Shown: positions 57,676 to 64,000 of the stretch, one piece after another
Layout of the letters: each line of letters begins with the position of its first letter
Numbering within the stretch: the first letter of the stretch is position 1
DNA from: an uncultured Bacillales bacterium
GTDB taxonomy: Bacteria; Bacillota_I; Bacilli_A; Acholeplasmatales; Anaeroplasmataceae
Assembly (NCBI GenBank): GCA_946626345.1
Contig: CAMOUB010000001.1
Location: 643-64,642, forward strand
Reading direction: 5' to 3'
Length of the DNA stretch: 64,000 bases
Program-made: the position numbers and the translations under genes
The notes under the pieces: model-generated
What the model saw: only the letters and a program-made list of their open reading frames with translations
The model's database searches: none
What the model was told of the DNA's origin: nothing

Positions 57676-59121
57676 TTATCTATTTTTATTATAATATTTT
57701 AATAATATATACACAGGGATTGGATCATGCATCTTAGCAAGATTTGCTACTGCTTCTCTATTATTTAATATATCTGTTAATAGAGGTAATGCTACCCAAT
57801 ATAAATTTTTAATCTTATTGCAATTTATTTTTAATTCTTCTTCATCATATTTTAAATTATGCTCAATAAAATATGGATTTAAAAAATTATATAGCTTATC
57901 TTCAACAGCAAGCAAATCAATTACAAATGGAATAAAATCATCAGAATTAATCTTTTTAATAATATCTTTAATTATATGATTTGATAAGCTATTAGTCATC
58001 GTACAAAAAAAATTAATAAAATATACAATGGCCGATTCATAATTATTATAATATGCCTCTCTTGAATTAATTGATACATTATTATCATTTGGTTTTAAAT
58101 TTGTATTAATTAATGTTTCAAATATAAAATGTGCAATTTTATCAGAATCATTTAATGTATTATATTTACCATCCTTTATATACATATAATTAGTAGGCTT
58201 TTTATAATCAATTTCTTTATCATAGCCTAAAAATATTTTTTCTATATCAGGATTATAAATATCAATATCTATTCCACATCTATAGAAATCAAATTCTATA
58301 GGCACTACTGCAGGTACTAAATCTAGGGAATTATAAATATTATATACATTTTTATATTCTATAGCGTTACTCTTTAATAAACCTCTTGGAGCTTCAAATG
58401 TATAAACAAATAAATTATTTGATGAAATTATAGGATTAGCATTTGATTGTATTTTATATGCTAATATATTAGCTACTGCCCCAGCTCTAGAAAAACCATT
58501 TATTAATAATTTAGTTTCAGAATTTTTATTTTCGTTTAAATATTGTTCTAATTTAGAATAAACAATATCTGCTGCATTAGAAAAACCTTCATGATTTGAA
58601 TTAGGACCTATTTTAAAATTATTAGCCCATTCAAAACCATATGAAATGCCTCTAATTGTAAGTGCAATAATATTATCCTTTTTACAAATTAAAAAAGCGA
58701 TACTATCAATATCATTAAAATCATAACCATATACATAATAAGAATCAAAACCAAAATTATTATAATATTCCTTTAATTCATTAGCATAACCTGATGAAAT
58801 AGTTGCTCCTAAAGAAAACATTGCAATATCTTGATTGTATTCCATATTCTTATCGAAATATGAATCATTATATCCAAATTTCAAATTATATGTTTTATCA
58901 TTTAATGCAAATGATGTGACACTTTTAAATATTTCTCCATCATTTAATTTATCTTCATCATAAAAATTATAATCTTTTTCTTCTTTAGTTTCTGTAATTT
59001 CTTCAGTACTAATTATAGTATCATTAGTAGTATCACTAGAAGTTTCTATATTTTTCTTTTTATTGCATGAAGCTAAGCTAAATATAAATATTAGAAAAAT
59101 AAATATAAATATTTTTTTCAA
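57676..59121 (-). CDS. Lipoprotein, class 3 lipase/alpha-beta hydrolase
   Basis: Lipobox LASC; IRG, HEGF, GFSRAG nucleophile elbow, YTFEAP, DLVP, C-terminal His. Confidence 0.85.
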   Translation of the reverse strand: MKKIFIFIFLIFIFSLASCNKKKNIETSSDTTNDTIISTEEITETKEEKDYNFYDEDKLNDGEIFKSVTSFALNDKTYNLKFGYNDSYFDKNMEYNQDIAMFSLGATISSGYANELKEYYNNFGFDSYYVYGYDFNDIDSIAFLICKKDNIIALTIRGISYGFEWANNFKIGPNSNHEGFSNAADIVYSKLEQYLNENKNSETKLLINGFSRAGAVANILAYKIQSNANPIISSNNLFVYTFEAPRGLLKSNAIEYKNVYNIYNSLDLVPAVVPIEFDFYRCGIDIDIYNPDIEKIFLGYDKEIDYKKPTNYMYIKDGKYNTLNDSDKIAHFIFETLINTNLKPNDNNVSINSREAYYNNYESAIVYFINFFCTMTNSLSNHIIKDIIKKINSDDFIPFVIDLLAVEDKLYNFLNPYFIEHNLKYDEEELKINCNKIKNLYWVALPLLTDILNNREAVANLAKMHDPIPVYILLKYYNKNR

Positions 59122-59123
59122 AA

Positions 59124-59768
59124 TTACACCTCCTCTACTTGAGTAAAATGTAAATCCTCCAATATATTTTTATAACAATCTAAATGTATTTCATTTGGTG
59201 CTTCATAATTTAAGCATTTATAATTTCCATTCTCCATTTTTACAAATGCTGTATAATAAATATTCTTTGTTTGAATTGTAAATTCTTTTAATTTCTCAAT
59301 ATTCTTTTCATCTATAGATTCAAATATTTCAATACCTAAAAATGTTTCACATTTATCTAATTCTTTATTAGCAGGTGTATTATCATTTTCTTCTGTATTA
59401 GAAAAATAGCTTGTAGAATCTGATACAATAGCTATTTTATAAGCATGCTTATCTTTAATAAAAATATAAGATGCTCCATAATTTCTTTTAGTCTTTTTAT
59501 ATCCTTGTTTTTTTAATTCTGATTCAATATCTGATATATCAGTTTTATATTCAATAGTTTCATATTTTATATTTCTTGCTTTTCCAAAGCTTTTAAATGA
59601 TGCAAATTGAATTAATACAGTTATTAATATAAAATCAATGACTAATGTAACTAATAAAACCTTATTTAATATGTCAGATGAATATTGTATTGCAAATATT
59701 AATCCTACAGCAAGTATGAATAATATTCCGACAATAATCCATAGGGTTCTCGCTTTAATCTTTCTCAT
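59124..59768 (-). CDS. Hypothetical protein with 2 N-terminal TMs
   Basis: Coupled to both neighbours; likely start MRKIK. Confidence 0.7.
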   Translation of the reverse strand: MRKIKARTLWIIVGILFILAVGLIFAIQYSSDILNKVLLVTLVIDFILITVLIQFASFKSFGKARNIKYETIEYKTDISDIESELKKQGYKKTKRNYGASYIFIKDKHAYKIAIVSDSTSYFSNTEENDNTPANKELDKCETFLGIEIFESIDEKNIEKLKEFTIQTKNIYYTAFVKMENGNYKCLNYEAPNEIHLDCYKNILEDLHFTQVEEV

Positions 59769-59769
59769 A

Positions 59770-60336
59770 TTAATCCCTCGTATCATCAATAAATGCTAAA
59801 TCAAAATATAAATCCTCACATAAAATATCATATATTCTATAAAACTTAGGTACTGGTCTATAAAAATCCATTTGTACTTCTTTTGCGTTATATACTAATG
59901 CTTGTTCAATATTAGTTTTTGATGATGAACAAAATTTAATAGCTTGATTAACAGTATATTCATTATAGTGTTGGAATAATACTACAACTATATTATTTTT
60001 AGTATCACTAAATTTTAATTCTTCCTTTTTAGGTGATAAATATGTTTTACCATCTAATAAAGGTTTTATCTTATCAAATTTATAATCTAAAATATTAAAA
60101 TCTGTTTCATCGTTAACTAAAACATTAACAAATGTAGTATTTTTATATATTTTTGCGAATACTTCTACTTTATCATTATCAAATACCATTGTTTCATTTG
60201 CATATATTAATGCATAATGAAAATTATGGAAAGGTTTAGAATTATAATGACCAATTACACCTGGTCTTTCAACCACTTTTACCTTTTTAGGAAACATTAT
60301 CTTCCATACAGCAACGAAAAATTCTTTTGGACCCAT
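59770..60336 (-). CDS. Hypothetical protein
   Basis: 188-aa ORF with an AGGTAGG SD. Confidence 0.7.
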   Translation of the reverse strand: MGPKEFFVAVWKIMFPKKVKVVERPGVIGHYNSKPFHNFHYALIYANETMVFDNDKVEVFAKIYKNTTFVNVLVNDETDFNILDYKFDKIKPLLDGKTYLSPKKEELKFSDTKNNIVVVLFQHYNEYTVNQAIKFCSSSKTNIEQALVYNAKEVQMDFYRPVPKFYRIYDILCEDLYFDLAFIDDTRD

Positions 60337-60458
60337 AATATCGCCTACCTTTCTATAAACTGTTTTAATTATACAATATAATTGTGAAAAAAGTATGTTT
60401 TTATTAATAAATAATAAAAAAAATAGGCAATAAATAAATTATCACCTAATTATATTAA

Positions 60459-61799
60459 TTATTTACCTAAACAGAATTTTGTAAATAGGGCAGTTATTAA
60501 TTCATCCCTAGATGCTTCACCTGTAATCTCTCCTAAGGCGTCAAATGCGGCTTTTATATCGATTTCTATTAAATCTATATCAATCATACTAAGACATGCA
60601 TCTTTAGCCTGCAAAAGCGAATTATAGGCCTTTTCCATTAAATTGATTTGTCTTGTGTTATTTAAGTAATTACCATTTAAGGATTCAAAAGTATTAATAT
60701 TAGTAATATCTAATATTTTATTTTCTAATTCCTTTAATCCATCTTTATTTTTAGCTGAAATGTAGATTGCATCTTTTAATTCCCATTTTGGTTTTAAATC
60801 AATTTTATTAGCTATTATAATTCTCTTTTTATTTTCAGTTATTTTAAGTAATGATAAGTCTTCTTTATCTAATTCTTTAGACGAATCTAATACTAAGAAT
60901 ATTAAATCAGCAGATTTAATTGCTTCTTCTGATTTTTTAATACCAATAGATTCAACTAAATCATTACTTTCGTGGATTCCTGCTGTATCAATTAAATGTA
61001 GGGTTACATTACCAATATTAAATGAACCCTCAACCATATCTCTTGTTGTACCAGCAACACTTGATACGATTGCCTTATCCTCATCAAGTAATGTATTTAA
61101 TAGAGATGATTTACCTACATTTGGTTTACCAACAATACATGTTTTAATTCCATGTATTGCGATAGTTGATATTTCAGAATTCTTTAATATTTCTTTCATA
61201 TCTATAAGCATTTCATCTATTATAGGTAATAAATAATCATTTGTTACAGTTATAGCATCATCATATTCAGGATAATCAATATTTACTTCTATTTTAGCTA
61301 ATATATCTAATATTTTATCTCTAAATTTCTTTATTAAATTATATGTAGATTTTCTTAAAGATGATTGACTTCCCTTTAGTGCTAATTTATTAGTTGATGA
61401 TATTACATCCATTATTGATTCTGCTTGAGTTAAATCAAGCTTATGATTTAAGAATGCTCTTTTTGAGAATTCTCCTCTTTCAGCTAATCTAAATCCATTA
61501 TTCAATAATGTTTTTAATACTAAATTAGTTACATAAATACCACCATGGCAATTTATTTCAACCATATTTTCACCATCGAATGATTTAGGTGAAATGAAAA
61601 CATTACATAATACATCATCTATTATTTCATTATTATCCATAATATATCCATGATGCATTGTATGGCTTTTTACTTTTGTAAGATCTGTACCCTTAAATAT
61701 TTTATTTACTAATTTTATAGCCTCAGGTCCACTACATCTAATGATAGATATAGCACCTACACCATAAGGTGTTGCTATAGCACATATATTATCAACCAT
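60459..61799 (-). CDS. mnmE: tRNA modification GTPase MnmE
   Basis: CAIATP, EINCHGG, GEFSKRAFLN, GKPNVGKSS, GTTRD, DTAGI, FCLGK. Confidence 0.98.
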   Translation of the reverse strand: MVDNICAIATPYGVGAISIIRCSGPEAIKLVNKIFKGTDLTKVKSHTMHHGYIMDNNEIIDDVLCNVFISPKSFDGENMVEINCHGGIYVTNLVLKTLLNNGFRLAERGEFSKRAFLNHKLDLTQAESIMDVISSTNKLALKGSQSSLRKSTYNLIKKFRDKILDILAKIEVNIDYPEYDDAITVTNDYLLPIIDEMLIDMKEILKNSEISTIAIHGIKTCIVGKPNVGKSSLLNTLLDEDKAIVSSVAGTTRDMVEGSFNIGNVTLHLIDTAGIHESNDLVESIGIKKSEEAIKSADLIFLVLDSSKELDKEDLSLLKITENKKRIIIANKIDLKPKWELKDAIYISAKNKDGLKELENKILDITNINTFESLNGNYLNNTRQINLMEKAYNSLLQAKDACLSMIDIDLIEIDIKAAFDALGEITGEASRDELITALFTKFCLGK

Positions 61800-61846
61800 T
61801 TAAATCACTCCGGTTGTATTATACATAATTTATTGCTATTTTTCAA

Positions 61847-63991
61847 TTAATGTCTTTTCTTATAAATTATTATTACAAGTATTATTCCAATAGTTATTAA
61901 TGATGCAATAATAGCTAATGTAATTATTAATGTAATATTATTAGTATTATTAATTTTTATATCTTCATTTGCCTTTTCATAATTGATATCTGAATCTATT
62001 ATTTGTATTTCAAAATTAGATAATTCTTCACCATTTTTTAATACTAATGAATATTCATCTTTAAGTATCTCATCATTAAAATAATCAGATACTATTTCAT
62101 ATTCAATATCTGCTGATATATAGTTTCTATCTATTAAATATAATAATAATTCATTTTGTGTTAGTCTATTATTTCTATTAAGCTTTATTATTTTATTATC
62201 TTTAGATTCTTCTATTTCGTCTTTTTTAACTATTATATTAAAGCTACCATATGCTTCATTTTGCATATTATCCTTAGCACTAACCTCGAATTTATATATA
62301 CCAGGAATATCATAATTATATTTATAACCATTAATATCATTAATTACTATATTATCATTATTAAGTTTTCCATCTATTTCATCATATGCATATATATTTG
62401 ATTTAATAAATTGTTCTTCTAATTTATTACCTTTATTCACATATATATCATTTAATACAAGCTTAGGCTTTATATCATCAATTATATTTAATTCTAATTC
62501 CATTGTTGATTCATTTAAAAATTCATCTTTTACAATAATTAATAATGGATACAATCCTGGCTTATTTAAATTATTAATAAAGCTATCAGCATTATAATCT
62601 ACTTCATAGCTAGATATATCTATAATATCCAATGTATTAATAATTGAATCTATATCTATGCTATCTATATAGCTATATTCTAATTTAGTATCACTTGTTA
62701 TATTTATAATAGGCTTTTCATTATCAATTACATTTACATTATATGTTTGAATATATAATTCACCATTTGTCGCGGATGCTATAATATGTATTTTATATTC
62801 ACCAGGAATATTTTTATTTATTTCATATTCTTTTATATCAGCATAACATTCATCTAAATAAAAATATGAAAAATTAAATATTTCTTCTAAATTAGATAAA
62901 TCTAGTTCATCTTTGTATCCAACAGTTAAGGATTCAGGATTTCTTAATTTGAATTTATTATCTCCAATATCACATACATTAATAAATAAATTAGCTATAT
63001 ATTCTTTATGCTTAAATATATATTTTACTTCTACATAATATTTCCCTACTTTATTATAGTTTTTATAATAATCATTTGTATCTATAACATAATTTTCTAT
63101 TCCAGTTTTATTTATTTGTTCAAATATTTCTGATTCAGTTACTTGTCTATCAATTGTTGTGTAAATATCAGGTATATCTAATATCATTGGTAAAACCTTT
63201 ATTTCATAGATATATTCATAATATGTATCATCATATATTAATAATATTTTTAAATAATGCTTACCCTCAGATATATAACCATATTCATCTAATTCGTAAT
63301 CTCCACCATAATATTCATTTGTTTTATTATTTAATACTAATCCAGTATCTAGTGTTATTTCTGATTTAATTAGCTCTTGTTTAGTAGGTAAAAAATTAAT
63401 ATGTTCTTTTATATTTTTAATACCTAATATATTATATGATCTTACAGCTATTATATCCTCATATTCACCAAAGCTTGTGCTATCTGGTAAATTATAATTG
63501 TTATTATCATCTAATGGAAATACCTTTGTTGTAGGAGTAGCTAATTTACATTTTGTATAATTTTCATATTCAATATTATTAGGATCATTAAAATTAATTG
63601 TTTCACTATTATCAACCCTATAACCATATCCAGTTGTTGAAATACTGACACTAATTCTTAATATATCATCATAGTATAAATTAAATTCTAAAAATTTAAA
63701 GCCCCTATTAGATCTTAATATTGCCTCTGTCTTAATATAATCAGAATTAAATTCACCATAAACATATCTTTTTCTTTCAATTCTATAGCCTTCACCATCA
63801 GCTGGATTAGTAGCTATAAAATCTAATAGTAATGAGTATGTATTAGATTTTACAATAGTAGTTCTATCATATTCTTTTAAAAATATTTCATCTACTTCCA
63901 TTTGTTTATTTCTTAGTGAACTATCAATATTATATGAGCTTGCGGATACATTAATATTTAAGCCCATGAAAAAAAGTGTCACTATAATCAT
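61847..63991 (-). CDS. Surface protein with tandem Ig-like (HYR/DUF5011-like) repeats and a C-terminal TM anchor; 5' end may lie beyond the window
   Basis: Repeated xxPGxYxxxIxAxD...VIDxxKP units; C-terminal hydrophobic helix followed by KKRH. Confidence 0.75.
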   Translation of the reverse strand: MIIVTLFFMGLNINVSASSYNIDSSLRNKQMEVDEIFLKEYDRTTIVKSNTYSLLLDFIATNPADGEGYRIERKRYVYGEFNSDYIKTEAILRSNRGFKFLEFNLYYDDILRISVSISTTGYGYRVDNSETINFNDPNNIEYENYTKCKLATPTTKVFPLDDNNNYNLPDSTSFGEYEDIIAVRSYNILGIKNIKEHINFLPTKQELIKSEITLDTGLVLNNKTNEYYGGDYELDEYGYISEGKHYLKILLIYDDTYYEYIYEIKVLPMILDIPDIYTTIDRQVTESEIFEQINKTGIENYVIDTNDYYKNYNKVGKYYVEVKYIFKHKEYIANLFINVCDIGDNKFKLRNPESLTVGYKDELDLSNLEEIFNFSYFYLDECYADIKEYEINKNIPGEYKIHIIASATNGELYIQTYNVNVIDNEKPIINITSDTKLEYSYIDSIDIDSIINTLDIIDISSYEVDYNADSFINNLNKPGLYPLLIIVKDEFLNESTMELELNIIDDIKPKLVLNDIYVNKGNKLEEQFIKSNIYAYDEIDGKLNNDNIVINDINGYKYNYDIPGIYKFEVSAKDNMQNEAYGSFNIIVKKDEIEESKDNKIIKLNRNNRLTQNELLLYLIDRNYISADIEYEIVSDYFNDEILKDEYSLVLKNGEELSNFEIQIIDSDINYEKANEDIKINNTNNITLIITLAIIASLITIGIILVIIIYKKRH

Positions 63992-64000
63992 AATGACACT

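Overview
Very AT-rich chromosomal window using standard code 11 (TGA is a stop, TGG is Trp), with many N-terminal Cys-lipoproteins. The gene content suggests a gut or rumen saccharolytic Acholeplasmatales/Anaeroplasma-like or related low-GC Bacillota organism (inference only). From left to right: (1) a pectin locus (partial GH28, carbohydrate ABC importer with an 819-aa binding lipoprotein and five extra membrane proteins, divergent CE8 pectin methylesterase); (2) a methyltransferase, a membrane-anchored acidic 4xDUF1508 protein, a PHP/phosphodiesterase/GGDEF/macrodomain operon and an RlmI-type methylase; (3) an internally deleted GH105 lipoprotein pseudogene and a complete 1947-bp IS6-like element with a 9-bp target duplication, followed by a candidate structured ncRNA; (4) housekeeping genes (serS with T-box, an ABC exporter, 4 tRNAs, pyk, two peptidases, a heterodimeric ABC exporter, Lrp); (5) an apparently domesticated transposase-derived gene behind a ROK glucokinase; (6) a cellobiose/cellodextrin regulon (LacI, ABC, GH1, mutarotase, GH5, GH94) whose operator also precedes a remote long ABC ATPase; (7) the best candidate for a novel system, a self-contained four-gene operon STAS - small alarmone synthetase - small alarmone hydrolase - membrane PP2C/anti-sigma-kinase fusion, with no sigma factor; (8) a lipase lipoprotein, mnmE and a surface repeat protein. 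No CRISPR array, rRNA or prophage was seen. All family calls come from motif recognition by eye; no searches were run.
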